From the NCBI GenBank assembly GCA_951406725.2, contig OX597837.1, forward strand, positions 8,556,001 through 8,620,000: DNA of 64,000 nucleotides, in the 5' to 3' direction. This document shows positions 14,037 to 28,744 of the stretch, in pieces. The translations under genes and the position numbers were made by a program. This DNA is from Octopus vulgaris (lineage: Eukaryota). Every line of letters starts with the position of its first letter. Position 1 is the first letter of the stretch. The notes beneath the pieces were generated by a model that worked only from the letters and a program-made list of their open reading frames with translations, was not told the origin of the DNA and searched no databases.

Positions 14037-14338
14037 TATGGATATATATATGCATAACCACGTAGGTATGAATGGGATATTATAAGTGTGTTTACTTATA
14101 CACACTTCTACAGAAATATCTACATACATATCTACATATACACAGGGATACATTCACAAGTTCATACACTTATACAGATATGTCTATAAATTAATTTAAT
14201 CTGGTTTATTACGTTCTTAAATAAACATATCTATTATATATATAACCATGCAGAAAATATAAAATATATATACCCATGTATATATACACCCGTATATATA
14301 TATATATACATGTATATATAAATATATATATACACATG

Positions 14339-14396
<58 letters not shown>

Positions 14397-15288
14397 TTAT
14401 ATGACTTTATCTTCATATTTCATGTGTGGTGTGTTTCTGCTCATTTTTAAGCAATAAATTTTTGCGTCTTATTTAAAATATATGAGTTCAATTATGAGAA
14501 TTGGTAATATTAGATACGGCATTATATGGAATTTTGTATCAAATTACTTGAACAATAGCAAAAATTAAATACAGCTATTATATTGACAGGGAGAAAAAGA
14601 GCAGAATGTAGCATGATTGTGTTATAAATAATGAAATAAAAATCTTTATGAAACATTTTCGTGAAGAACCAAACTAACCCTTCAAATTACTCGCACTGTT
14701 TGGAAAAGAAAAAATCAGATAAAGCGTTCTTGAGTGAATGTGAGAGAGAGATAGAGAGAGAAGGGGGGAGAGACGGAGAGACACAGAGAGAGAAAATGTA
14801 TGCGTGTGTGTAGTAGACTTACATGTATACATACTTATATATGTATTACACACTCATACGCACACACATGTATACACACACACACACGCATAAATATATG
14901 TATACATGTAGGTATATATATATACATATATATATATATATTATATGTATGTATGTATATATATGTGTGTGTGTGTATATATGGATATATGGATATGCTT
15001 ATATATATACATCTTTATTATATATGAATATATATACATATACATATATATATTTATAGATACATAGATATACATATATACATATATGTGCATATGTGAA
15101 AATATACATATACATTATACGTATATATATATATATATATGCATGTATGTATGTATACATACACATATATCTATATATATACATATATGTATATATCTAT
15201 CTATCTAAATATATATATATATATATGCATATATATATGCATATTATAAAGATTTATAAATATATATGCATACGCATACATGCATACA

Positions 15289-15395
<107 letters not shown>

Positions 15396-15611
15396 CACCT
15401 GTCCCTATTTCGACGCAGTCTACCTATTCATCTATCTATTTATCTATCTACTTATTTTGATTACGAATTTAATCAAATATATATGCGGAATGCTTACCGA
15501 ACGTAAAATGCCGAAGTGGGTATCGCACTTCATTGACAAACGTAGTTCTTTCAAATGAGCACATGATGCCAATCGCGATGTCAACCCTCCTCGTCGTCCT
15601 TCTTGCTCCTC

Positions 15612-16056
15612 CTGTGATTTGTTGTGATGCTCTGATGGTATTGAAAGTGTTCTGCGTAGGATGTGTGCAGTGCCCAGTAGTGCAATTTTCTGTATGTTAT
15701 ATGTGTTTGTAAGTCCTGGTGTTTTTGTTATGTATTTGTCTGAACATCTTTTTATCATACCTAATGCGCCTACTATGATAGGAATTGTTTCTGTTTTTCG
15801 ATTCCACATTCTGGTTACCTCTATGTCCAGGTCTTTGCAATTTGAAAGTTTCTCCTTTTCTTTGAGAGACTCGTTGTCATCTGCTGGTATTTATACATCA
15901 ATTAGAAAACATTTTCTTTCTTCATGATCTCTGACAACAATATCTGGCCTATTGGCCTTAATTTCTCTATCTCTGTGTATTGGCATATCACAGAGTATGG
16001 TTGCTTTCTCGTTTTCTGTGACCTTTTCTGGTGTGTGCCTATACCATCTTTTTCTG
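15612..16056 (-). mobile_element. Third Dong-like copy (RLE region), 5' end abutting a (TTA)n tract
   Basis: Minus ORFs RWYRHTPEKVTENEKATILCDMPIHRDREIKANRPDIVVRDHEERKCFLIDV and MWNRKTETIPIIVGALGMIK...ILRRTLSI match 6470-6920. Confidence 0.92.
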
Positions 16057-16079
16057 TTAATTATTATTATTATCATTAA

Positions 16080-16172
<93 letters not shown>

Positions 16173-16656
16173 CAGTGTTAGCAGTAGTAGTAGCAGCAGC
16201 AGCAGCAGCAGCCGTTCATGAATTTGAACCTGGAGATCTCCATTTCCAGCGACTTCGAGGGCCACCTGCCGGTGGTGTCGGGCGTCAACAAAGAGCCCTC
16301 GACTACAACAAGACGACCAAAGTTTTCTTTTTCCAATGTCTGGGGTCTCTCGCCCCTAAGCCCTAGACCATTACCTAATCATTCTTACGCGTCTTGTTGC
16401 TTAACAACAACAACAACAACAGCAGCAATATTAGTAGTAGTAGTAGTAGTAGCAGCATCCGACGCAATAGTAATAGTGTAGTGTGAGAGTTGTTATTGTT
16501 AATAGTATTACATAATAATTACAGATATGTTATCATTTACACAGCAGATGCTAAACCATCCAACAAAGAGCAAAAAAGGAAATAATAAACGAAAAAATGT
16601 ACACCGTATCATTTATCAGTGTGCAATATTGTACTTTCTTCTTCTCTATCAGTAAC

Positions 16657-16696
<40 letters not shown>

Positions 16697-16774
16697 CACA
16701 CATGTCTTTACACAACACTATATACATACACACATATATATGTGTATATATACATATATCCATGTATATATGCA

Positions 16775-16824
<50 letters not shown>

Positions 16825-16929
16825 CCATTTTCATCTTAAGGTAAGCATATGTAAACATTTGTATAAAAGTATGTATAAAATATTCGATGATAGATAACTA
16901 TGAGATATTGTCTATGCATGTATGTGTGC

Positions 16930-17006
<77 letters not shown>

Positions 17007-17494
17007 TATAGATACACACACACACATGTATATATATATATATATGCATATAGTTTTTTTCAATAAAAAAGTCGCTTAAATTTTGTTACATTATACAAAA
17101 TAACATCAACGCACACATGCACACAAACACATACATGCCCATACACATACACACGCACACATATATGTACTCACAGATGTTCACACACATGTACGCCGCA
17201 CATGACCACATGCAGAGAACAACATAAGCACAAACATATTTAACAGAAGAGCGAAAACAAGTTTAAAAAATTTGGATAAAAGAAACCAAAATTTCATTTT
17301 TCATATTGATAATATTTGTTGTATCAACGAAACGTGTACAAAAATATTTTCTAAAGCAAGATATATTTTACGCACATATATATCTAAACATTAGTATACA
17401 TACAAACTCACACACACATACAAGTACACATATACACATGTATAAGTATACATATAGATATCTATACACAAACATACATATATATATATAATGT

Positions 17495-17564
<70 letters not shown>

Positions 17565-17570
17565 GTGTGT

Positions 17571-17606
<36 letters not shown>

Positions 17607-18300
17607 CAGTTCTTTTAGATAAAATTATATATTATTCTGAAAAACGAAATTCAAACACCGAACAATATACATAGCTATACAAGATAGGTGTATACATATA
17701 TACATATACACAACGATATACATATGTATGCACACACACAGAGATACACACATACATACACGCAATCATATATTATATATGAGTGTATGGATGTGTATAT
17801 GTGTGTGTGTGCGTATATGTTGTGTTCGTATTTATACTTGTAGATATGTGTGTGTACGTTTTAAATCTTGCTCAAAGAAAATTTTCAAAAGATTGAGTGT
17901 AAAGTAAAAAAATTGCCTAGTAACGAAAATGGCGTTATCTGATGTTAAAGTTTTCGGCAGCCATTGCAGCTGTACGTTGTCGAACAACGACAGTTCGGAC
18001 TCAATTTGAAATTAACGATAAGATGTTTTAACGATTTTTTTTTGTGGTGAACTGAGACACAGTGCCGCACAAAATCATGAACGAGCTGGGGATGCACATA
18101 TCAATATATACGTGTGTATATATATGTGTGTGTGTGTATACGCATCCTCACACACGTATAAATATGAATATATATATGTATGTATGTTGGCCTGTGTGTG
18201 TGTTTATGGATGCATGGATATATGGATGTATACAGATAATCTCGATACATCTATGTATGAAATGAATATAAGCTATATGTACATGAATAATGATATGTAT

Positions 18301-18349
<49 letters not shown>

Positions 18350-18524
18350 GATATACATAGATATACATATACATACATATATATATATAAATATATATGT
18401 ATATACATACACATAGATATGCATATACATATATATATATATATAAATATATATATATATTAATAAAGATACACATATATATATATATAGATATACATAT
18501 ATATATACATACATATATATATAC

Positions 18525-18569
<45 letters not shown>

Positions 18570-19645
18570 TATATACATATATATATATACATACATATAT
18601 ATATATAAGTAGATAAATAGATAGTTATATGTATAATATTTATATATACGCCTATACATACATACATTTATACACTCACACACACACACACACACATATG
18701 TCTCTATATTTCTTTAATGTAATATTCCCGAATTTTTATTGTATTCCATCTTCTTTAATCTCAGCTTTTGTCGTGATTATTTTATTAAATCACCTGCCTT
18801 ATCACCTGACGATATTGGCGCCAATATTCACTGCTGATGGTGCCAGTTCCGTACCAGAAACTGATTTCATTACGTTCTATATACGTTCTTTTCAAACTAT
18901 CCCGCTTTTATCGACGTCACCGCTGCAGCTGTGACTGCTGCCGCTGCTGCCGGTGTCCTTCTTTCGTTGTAGTTTTAACCCTGACGAAGCAGGTCTATTT
19001 TCAAAGAAGTCTAACTGTATTTTTTATATACCCTCGTTGTTCGTCCCGAAACTATCCCGAAGTCGTTGTCTTTGTTTCTTGCAGTTTAGCCTTATCTCGG
19101 TGCTGACCAATCGGATCAAAGACGTTCGTGAGATGACCATCACGTTTCAGTTATCACAAACATTTTCATTCGCCTGTTAAACAGAATCGGCCATGTTGAA
19201 TCAGAGCGGTAATAAAATGTGTTCCAATCGTGACAGTCTAGTTTGGAATCATGGTGTATCTAGGATTGTATTGCCAAATGTACGGTGGTTCTTTTTTTTT
19301 TTTAGTCAACATCACGTCGACGGAAAGGCCAAATTGTTTGTATACCAAATACAGTTGAATATTCTTTCTGCTTTCTCTGCACTGTGATTTCACATCGTGC
19401 CGAGGTCACAATGAAATTTTATCCTTCAAGGATGAAAAAATACATAGCAATGTAGCATGGACCATTCTTCTTCTTCTTCTTCTTCTTCTTCTTCTTCTTC
19501 TTCTTCTTCTTCTTCTTCTTCTTCTTCTTCTTCTTCTTCTTCTTCCTCTCCGCCTCCTACTCCTCCTCCCCCTCCCCCTCCTCCTCTTCTTCATCTCCTT
19601 CTTTTTCTTTTTCTTCTCCCCACTCTTCCTCTTCTTCTTCTTCTT

Positions 19646-19676
<31 letters not shown>

Positions 19677-20011
19677 ATCTTCCCCCTTTGTCTATTTGGA
19701 AGAACTCAGCTCTGGCCCAATTCAGAGAGTATTGTTTAAAGTCATAATGCATAGAAAACTAGATTGTACTATATATGTTTTAGTTTTTGCTATTTTTACT
19801 AATATTTGTTAAGATGTACTTTACACACACACACACACACATAGGTATACACACATAAGCGAAGCAGCAGATGCGGCACCAACCAGCTTAGCAGACTGTA
19901 AAGACGTGTTTATGAAATTGCTTTCTCCAAGCATTGTAAGGTCTTTTCTTTGCTTGAACAGTAGCAGCATACAGTTCTATATTTAAGACATAAGGAACTA
20001 TGTACATTACT

Positions 20012-20184
20012 TATGAGGCTGACAACTAAGTTTCCGCCGTTTTGTTAACTTAATTTTTTTTTAAGGTTTAATAAAAAATAACAACTAATTAATCAATAAT
20101 GTATTCACCCTTGTTGCTTACAACTTCTTCCCAATGTTCAAAAAGATTTTCAATACCTCGTTGGTAGAAATCACCTGATTTCGA
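20012..20184 (-). mobile_element. Mariner transposon 3' remnant
   Basis: Minus strand SKSGDFYQRGIENLFEHWEEVVSNKGEYIID* (20184-20089) is a typical mariner C-terminus; TA followed by TIR-like tgaggctgacaactaagtttccg at 20012. Confidence 0.85.
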
Positions 20185-20386
20185 TTCGGTTTTAGATATA
20201 GTTTCTGAAATCTACCGAAAGACCCGGATATATCAGTGCGACGAGAGAACGCGAATATTCGAGCTCCTGTTGGGTGTCTGATATATAGTACCACATATGG
20301 TACGCTTATCTGTACGGGGTCCTTTCAAGGTTCCTATAATTCACACAGGGGATGATTCAGCACCATCTTTAGGACAATAAGTGAGA

Positions 20387-20570
20387 TACTCTTTTTACTC
20401 TTTTTACTCTTATTACTTGTTTCAGTCATTTGACTGCGGCCATGCTGGAGCACCGCCTTTAGTCGAGCAAATCGACCCCGGGACTTATTCTTTGTAAGCC
20501 CAGTACTTATTCTATCGGTCTCTTTTGCCGAACCGCTAAGTGACGGGGACGTAAACACACCAGCATCGGT
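20387..20570 (-). mobile_element. Octopus OK/OR-type SINE, 3' half with (AAGAGTA)-like tail
   Basis: Matches the 3' part of the full copies at 25582-25962 and 51246-51660. Confidence 0.85.
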
Positions 20571-21099
20571 ACATTAATTTCTTATCTTGGTGTTCCCATT
20601 TCTCTTCTCCAAATGTACGTCTACTCCGTATAGAGAAGAATTAGACAAATGATGACCGTAAGTCAAATATATAGACATAATATATTTTAGCTGAAAACAT
20701 ATGGGTTTGTTGAATATAAATATTATTGTACCGATAACAACGGAAACTGAGAGCTCAATGATATTAGTATATTATTGTTATAAATTTTTGAGGGTCGAAT
20801 AAAGGTAGAAATGCATTTTTATTTCTTTCCAATCTACAGATTGTAATAATAAATAATGGAACGTAGTGCTTGTGTACTAGTGACTGGTTGCTGTGAAAAG
20901 ATTAGGAATAAATCGATAAAAAGGGGGAGAGAACAATGTGTATGAGAGAGAAAGGGGAAAAAACATTATTTTGGGAATTGTTGAGGCAAATGGAGATACG
21001 TTTGAATAACGTAAGATTTGTGTTACTGGGATAGATAACAAAAATAATGGGAAAACAATTGATTAAAGGATTCTAGTAATCGTATTAGTTGTAGTATAA

Positions 21100-21405
21100 T
21101 TTGTTGTTTATTCCTTCTCGAGACATACCTGGCTCATAAGGGCCTGTTTCCCGGTTTCCTTGGCGTATAAGTTCTCCACCTGCACGGGACGCCATCCGTC
21201 GCAGGTGAGCTACAAGATGCAGGAGGAAAGAGTGAGAGAAAGTTGTGGCAAAAGAGTCAGCAGAAGTTTCGCCATTACCTTCTGACAGAGCTGCGTGGAG
21301 CTTAGGCGTTTCGCTCATAAACACACACATCGCTCGGTCTGAGATTCGAACCAGCGATTCCTCGACCGTGAGTCCGCTGCTCTAACCACTAGGCCATGTG
21401 CCACC
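21100..21405 (-). mobile_element. tRNA-derived SINE (tRNA-Arg-like head, OR-type)
   Basis: Minus head gcacatggcctagtggttagagcagcggactcacggtcgag...ggttcgaatc with A and B boxes; head homologous to 49190-49310. Confidence 0.75.
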
Positions 21406-22314
21406 GTAGTATAATTTGACTTCGATGAAACAATCTATAGAATTTGAAGTTATTACTCATAGTTCTACGAACTGAGAACGGAAACAAGTTTTGTTGAGAT
21501 TTTTGAAGTTAGTGTTGAAACGCTTGGTTAGTGGAGCATCAACAAAAGTGAATGGATCATTTAATGGCGAACGAATTTAAATGACTTAGTTAAATATGCT
21601 GGTACAAATAATTGGAGATCGTTTAGAAGAAGAGGAATCAATTGAAAAAAATGAAGTTATTGCGTTAAAATATAACAAAATAATTAGATAGTCTTGTGAA
21701 TATTCTTAATCATATCCCATTAATCTTAATCATAAGAGTTAGCAGTTCTTTTCTCATATAGACAATTCAACGGAATCTCCATTATATTCATAAGCATTCT
21801 AGCAATCACAATCAAATCTTAGATAATCGAGAATATTTCTTTACGCTTCTCTAAATATTCATCCAATGAAAAAGTTTTCGGAATACTATAATGATGCTCT
21901 GAAAGTAGAAGGATTATCCAAAAGCCATTAAATTTCCTGCATGAATGAGCGGCATAACTAAAGATTGATGCCCACATAACGAGTTTGTTACCTCATAACC
22001 TTGTGAAAGAAAAAAAAATTCGTATTTCATAATAAAAGAATTTGAATTGATGCATATCCATGAGTGAAGGTTAGATTAAGTATAGAAAAGTTTATTGACG
22101 TGCTCGTTGTTATCAGGTAGTCTGATGAAAGTGAAGAAGTCAAAACTCTGGAATCATAGTCAAACTTTTACTTGCTTATGTTAATAAATACGTAATCTGC
22201 AAAAGAAAAAAATATTGAATAATTCTACAGGTAAATACTACGTTCTTTTATACAGAAACTGTATGTATATATATATATATATATATATATAGACATACAT
22301 ATATATATATACAT

Positions 22315-22355
<41 letters not shown>

Positions 22356-23051
22356 CTGTTTTATATGTGTGTATGTGTGCATATATATATATAAACGTAT
22401 ACCTATCTATAAAGATGGGTAAGTATATAGAATTTACCTTTATACCTGTCTTTATAGGTGGGTTGGTGTGTGCGAGTACACATACACATATGTACAAGCA
22501 TGCGAGTGTATATTTATATATTAAATATGTGTCTGTGCCCATATATGTAAATATATTTATGTTAGTGTGAGTGTGTGTGTGTGTGTGCCTGCGGTATGAA
22601 TATTGAACACAATGCGATATTAACATTTTAAATTAATGGCATAAAACGACTCGAAATTCTTGTCATTTGATCCTGGGATTAACATTATCTCTTTGATAGT
22701 TCACTGATCGATTCCTTTCTAATTCTACCGTTTATACATCGATTATATCGGAATTAGTGTGTCATTCTGTGATTCTTCTGCTAATACTTGCCGATGGACA
22801 GCGGTCGTGCTGTGATACCGGCGCCTTACGCATGGTTATTTTTAATGGAATGTCCTCTCTATGAATTCTTATTTTAGCCCTGGGAAACCTTTTATCGATG
22901 ACTGTTTATCAGATTAGTAGTTGCCTTTTGTTGACAGATATAAGTGCAATTCAGACAGACGTGTACACAAGAATACAATCAAGCATATAAGTAAAAACAC
23001 GTACATGCACAAATAGATACTAGTACATACATACATACATACATACATACA

Positions 23052-23085
<34 letters not shown>

Positions 23086-23237
23086 CTTTATTAAAAAGCA
23101 TAAAAAATATCACAAAAACTGCTACACAGAGTTTCACGTTTCCGTTCGTCGGACATTGTAAACGAAACTTCCTGACGAACGGGAACGTGAAACTCTGAGT
23201 ATCAGTTTTTGTGATTTTTTGCTGATTTTTAATAAAG
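23086..23237. ncRNA. Fold-back inverted repeat containing minimal hammerhead motifs
   Basis: Plus strand 23172-23201: CTGACGA-ACG-GGAA-CGT-GAAA-CTCTGAG-TA. Mirrored degenerate copy on the minus strand; AATAAA downstream; adjacent to (CATA)n. Confidence 0.75.
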
Positions 23238-23449
23238 CATATTACTCTATCTCTGGTATTCGAGTACTATTTTTTTCGACCTTGTTTCGCATTCGGGAAA
23301 TATTTATTCAAGGTAGGGCATTGTGAGATCGAAACCGAACCAACGTGATTTCGAAGTAGCATTGTTTCTTCTTAGGTTTTTCTTGTATGTCTTCTTGCAT
23401 TGAGCCGAGGTTAAGTTCCTATTATATCTTAAATATTGGTTAAAAAATC

Positions 23450-24000
23450 TGGCACAAGGCTTGCAGTTTAGGAGAAGTGAATGGGTCGATTACACTGGTC
23501 CCAGTGTTCAACTGGTACTTATTTTATTGACCCCGAAAGGATGAAAAGCAAAGTCGACCTCGGCGGAATTTGAACTCAGAACATAAAGACGGGGGAAATG
23601 TAACGAAATGTTTTGGCAGGCGTGCTAACGATTCTGCCAGCTCACCGCTTTTGCCTGCTTTCTATAATAGGGATTTCAAATGTTAGCACAAGGTCTGTAA
23701 ATTTCAGGTTGGGGGAGGCAAGCAGTTTACATTGACCCCACTACTCGGCTGGTACTTATTTTTTCAACCGCAAAAGGCTGAGAAGCAAAGCCGACCTTGG
23801 CTTAATTTGAACTCAGAATGTAAAAACGGACAAAATGCCGATGGTAATTCTGCCTGGCTTGCTAGTTATTCTCCCAGCTCACAACCAAGCGGCACTTTCA
23901 TATTGTTTTCACGATTTGACACAAGGCCAGCAATTTCAGGGAAAGGGATTAAGTGGATTAAATCGATATCAGTACTCACCTGGTACTTATTTTATCGGCC
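23450..24000 (-). mobile_element. Cluster of degenerate Meta-like SINE copies
   Basis: ggtacttattttattgaccccgaaaggatgaaaagcaaagtcgacctcggcggaatttgaactcag, the reverse complement of the 550-1175 family. Confidence 0.8.
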
Positions 24001-24334
24001 CCTTATTTTCTGATTGTTTGTGTATCTATCTAGCTACCTATCTATCTAACTTCGCGTGTACGTCACATACGCACAGGTACACAGACATCACTCAAACGCA
24101 GGTACGTGTTTACAAACATACAGATACATTTACATACAATATACATACATAGGCACAGAGAGAGTGAGAGAGGAAGAGAGAGATGCATGTATACTTGTGT
24201 ATGCGTGTGTATATACGTGAGTATATAATGTACACACACACTTGCACACTCACACATACACGTACATATATATCCATATATCTATAATTTATCATATATT
24301 TACCATTCGATTATACGTATAAATAAAGTATAAA

Positions 24335-24670
<336 letters not shown>

Positions 24671-25064
24671 TAACTTCACACATAGAGAAACAGATAAACA
24701 ACGGAATTCATGAATGTCAAATAACGCATTTAATTTCGTTTCGGAAAGAAATTCCGAACAGCCAGATGCGACAACCTCTTCCGATATTGGGAACCATCTA
24801 TTCATGTCTTAATTTAGCACAACACATATTTGCTTAGCACTTTTCTAAGAATCTAATAAAGGATAAATTTATACCAATTACTATGATTTACCCGTCTGAG
24901 AAATCCGACAAATTATGTGTAATTAAGTTACAATTTTTCAGCAAAATTTTTTTGACAATAAATATAAGTGTAAAATATCGGTATTTTGGTTTAAGTCGAT
25001 ATTATATTTTTTGTTCCTTATTGTTCATAAAACCTAACGAAGAATATTGTGTATGCTTATATGC

Positions 25065-25111
<47 letters not shown>

Positions 25112-25121
25112 TGTATGTATA

Positions 25122-25179
<58 letters not shown>

Positions 25180-25278
25180 TATACATAAATATGAATATAC
25201 ATATATATATACACACATAACATATATGTGTGTGTATATTCACACAAACACACACATATATATATATACATACATACC

Positions 25279-25385
<107 letters not shown>

Positions 25386-25581
25386 TCGCACATACAGGCA
25401 TAGCTGTGTGGTAAGAAGATTCTTCTTCAGTCACAGGCTTACGGGTTCAGTCCTACTTCTTGACAGCTTTGACAAGGGTCTTCTCCAATAGATTCGAAGT
25501 CTTCTGAGGGAATCTGGAGAGCGAAAGGGGATCGTCATCGTCGTCTCCCTCTCTCTCTCTTTCTCTCTGTATATATATATC

Positions 25582-25962
25582 ACTCATTTACTTGTTCCAG
25601 TCATTTGATTGTGGCCATGCTGGAGCACCGCCTTTAGTCGAAGAAATCAACCCCAGGACTTATTCTTTGTAAGCCTAGTACTTATTCTATCGGTCGCTTT
25701 TGCCGAACCGCTAAGTTACGGGGACGTAAACACACCAGCATCGATCGTCAAGCGATGGAGGGGGATAAACACAACACATATAGATATATATACATATTTA
25801 CGACAGGCTTCTTTCAGTTTCCGTTTACTAAATCCACTCACAAGGCATTGGTCGGCCCGAGGCTATAGTAGAAGACTTTGCCCAAGGTGCCACGCAGTGG
25901 GACTGAACCCGGAACAATGTGGTTGGTAAGCAAGCTACTTACCACACAGCCACTCCTACGCC
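25582..25962 (-). mobile_element. Full-length OK/OR-type tRNA-derived SINE
   Basis: Minus head ggcgtaggagtggctgtgtggtaagtagc...ccgggttcagtccc (A and B boxes), internal TA/TG tract, tail ggcggtgctccagcatggcc. Confidence 0.85.
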
Positions 25963-26509
25963 TATATATATATAAAGATATATATATATATATATATAAT
26001 ACAAAATGGGACAAGAACGCAAAGCATGAGGACAGTTTCATCTTTCATCATATATGGAACATTTTGCAATAAATATTTGTAGTTACATTGCATGATATCA
26101 TCTCCGCCCTTATATATATGGTTATTTACATTTCACATTATGATAAAGTTTGCGGTATACAATATTACATTTCATAATACGACTCAGCTGCGTTTTAGGA
26201 CGTTATTCACCTGAAGATCTCATAACGTTCCGTAGATTTCATTTTACAGCAATATCTACGTTTTCACCTATTTTTATAGAATGTGGTTTATATATAAAAC
26301 TTTATATTATATCACAATATGCCACTGGCGGTTGTAGAAATACATACGATATAATAAGGTATAGATTAAAGTTGACATCAAATATTTACACCGTTCTCCC
26401 CTTATGATACAAGTTAGAGGATGCAGCTTGTAACCCTTATACAATATCTTGAAACATATTAAATGTGCATTTAATTTAAATGTTCTCTAAGAGCAACAGT
26501 TTTATATAT

Positions 26510-27080
26510 ATATTTCTTTATTGCCCACAACGGGCTAAATATACAGAGCACAAACAAGGACAGAAAAACGGATTAAGTCGGTTACAGCGACCCCAGTGCG
26601 AAACTGGTACTTTATTTATCGATCCCCGAAAGGATGAAAGGCAAAGCCGACCTCGGCGAAATTTGAACTCACAACGTAGCCACAGATGAAATACCTTTTT
26701 CTTTACCACCCACAAGGGGCTAAACACAAGGGGGTCAAACAAGGACAGACATGCGGGTTAAGTCGATTATATCGACCCCGAAACGATGAAAGGTAAAGTC
26801 GGCCTCGGCGGAATTTGAACTCACAACATAATGACAGACGAAATACCTATTTCTTTACTACCCACAAGGGGCTAAACACAGAGAGGACAAACAAGGACAG
26901 ACATAGGTATTAAGTGGATTACATCGACCCCAGTGCGTAACTGGTACTTAATTTATCGACCCCGAATGGATGAAAGGCAAAGTCGACCTCGGCGGATTTG
27001 AACTGAGAACGTAACGGCAGACGAAATACCGCTAAGCATTTCGCCCGGCGTGCTAACGTTTCTGTCAACTCACCGCCTTT
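26510..27080 (-). mobile_element. Head-to-tail multimer of the Meta-like SINE
   Basis: One head near 27080 followed by repeated body units joined at AAAGAAATAG|GTATTTCGTC-type junctions. Confidence 0.85.
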
Positions 27081-27464
27081 CGCAGCAGTTTTATATAGGC
27101 TTTAAGAAAATATTACAACACCATGTCATTCGACATTATTAATGAATAACCTCTTATTACTGCGATTGTGCTGAATTACTTTGCGTTGGTTTCAATTTAT
27201 TTTGAAAATATAATGATGAATAACTGACACTCTGTCGGTTACGAGGACGAACATTCCAGTCTTCTTCTTCTTCTTCTTCTTCTTCTTCTTCTTCTTCTTC
27301 TTCTTCTTCTTCTTCTTCTTCTTCTTCTTCTTCTTCTTCTTCTTCTTCTTCTTCTTCTTCTTCTTCTTCTTCTTCTTCTTCTTCTTCTTCTTCTTCTTCT
27401 TCCTCTAATCAGGACTCACGCTATTAGCCACAAAGAATAATCTCTAATTCGAGCCTACTCTAAG

Positions 27465-27836
27465 CTACTAAGAATGCGTGTGGCAACTTGAAGATCCACC
27501 CACCACACACGATAAACTGGTCTCTTAAATATACTGCATTTTGTGGCATTATTTCAAGCCAGACGGCTTCTTTTGCGCAAAATGCACGTGCATTTTTCTC
27601 GCGTACGCGTAGTATTGACCGTAACAACTGATGTACATGCGCGTACAAATGCACGTTCCCACGGCTTTATCGATCGCATTCTCACCTGGAATCGATTTTT
27701 GTAATTTTTTCAAGACTTATACACGCCCTGATACCGTCGGCATCTACATATCAAATTTGAGCGCAATGGGATGGAGGATGCCCGAGATCCTAGAAGATAC
27801 ACACACAGACAGACAGAACGGATTTTATTTTATAGA
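27465..27836 (-). mobile_element. Possible non-autonomous Helitron/Lep1-like element
   Basis: Minus strand begins A|TCTATAAAATAAAATCCGTTCTGTCTGTCTGTGTG, a layout typical of this class. The 3' CTAG is imperfect. Confidence 0.45.
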
Positions 27837-28744
27837 TTCTTCACATGGACTTTTAGTCATGTAATCACTAAAAATGGTGCACATCCAGGTAATCGTTTGG
27901 CGTGGCACTGTAGAAATAAACGACCAAGTTTGTTTAATATCATCCTCTGCAATTTTGTGAAGTACTTCGTTTAGATTATACTCTGGCATGAAACACTGAA
28001 TAACGAGTTGCCTAAACCGCTAGATTAGCCACAGAGTATCACGTGGTGTTTCAAGAGCACAATTTAATCGTAAAGAATGGTCTGAACAGTTGAGGCATTC
28101 CCACTTCTACGCCTTACAATCAACATTGCGCACATTCCTTAACATTATTAGTGAATTTCCACTTTCAGCTTCAGGTTTGGAAATGTTGTGAATAAAACTG
28201 CCTTGAGTGCCAGCACCTTCAAAGCTTGTGGCACCGTTTACATGTAGTAATATTAATAATCTCCGGTGAAGCCGCTCAAATTCTTTTCCATGTTCTCCAT
28301 TCGCTTCAGGGAATATTTTATCTCCTTAACGAATTTTCTGTTTCCGTGTTACGCTTTTTTTTCTTTTGTTTCGTTATTTTTTGCTTCCTTCTTAAAGTCA
28401 CAACTGTACGGAATTTTAAAGTAGAGATACTGTTTAGAAACTTCATGAATTTGATTTAATGTAAATTAAGTTGTGAGGGGGGGGGTTCTGTTTTGAGCAT
28501 TTGGAAATGCATATCTTACAGCTCCCTCTTGGAAATAAACAGCCTCTTGGTATTCGAAAGCCACCGAAGGGGAATTGTATCAGTTGATATGTCATACTTA
28601 ATTACATACAAGAAACCTCCATATTACTCAAATAGAACTGATTTAAACACTGTTTATATCACTCTTGTATATTCATTTCGACACGATCGCATTTTTGTAT
28701 ATATGTACTTGAATATATATTTAACAGAAAACATGGGAATAGGT

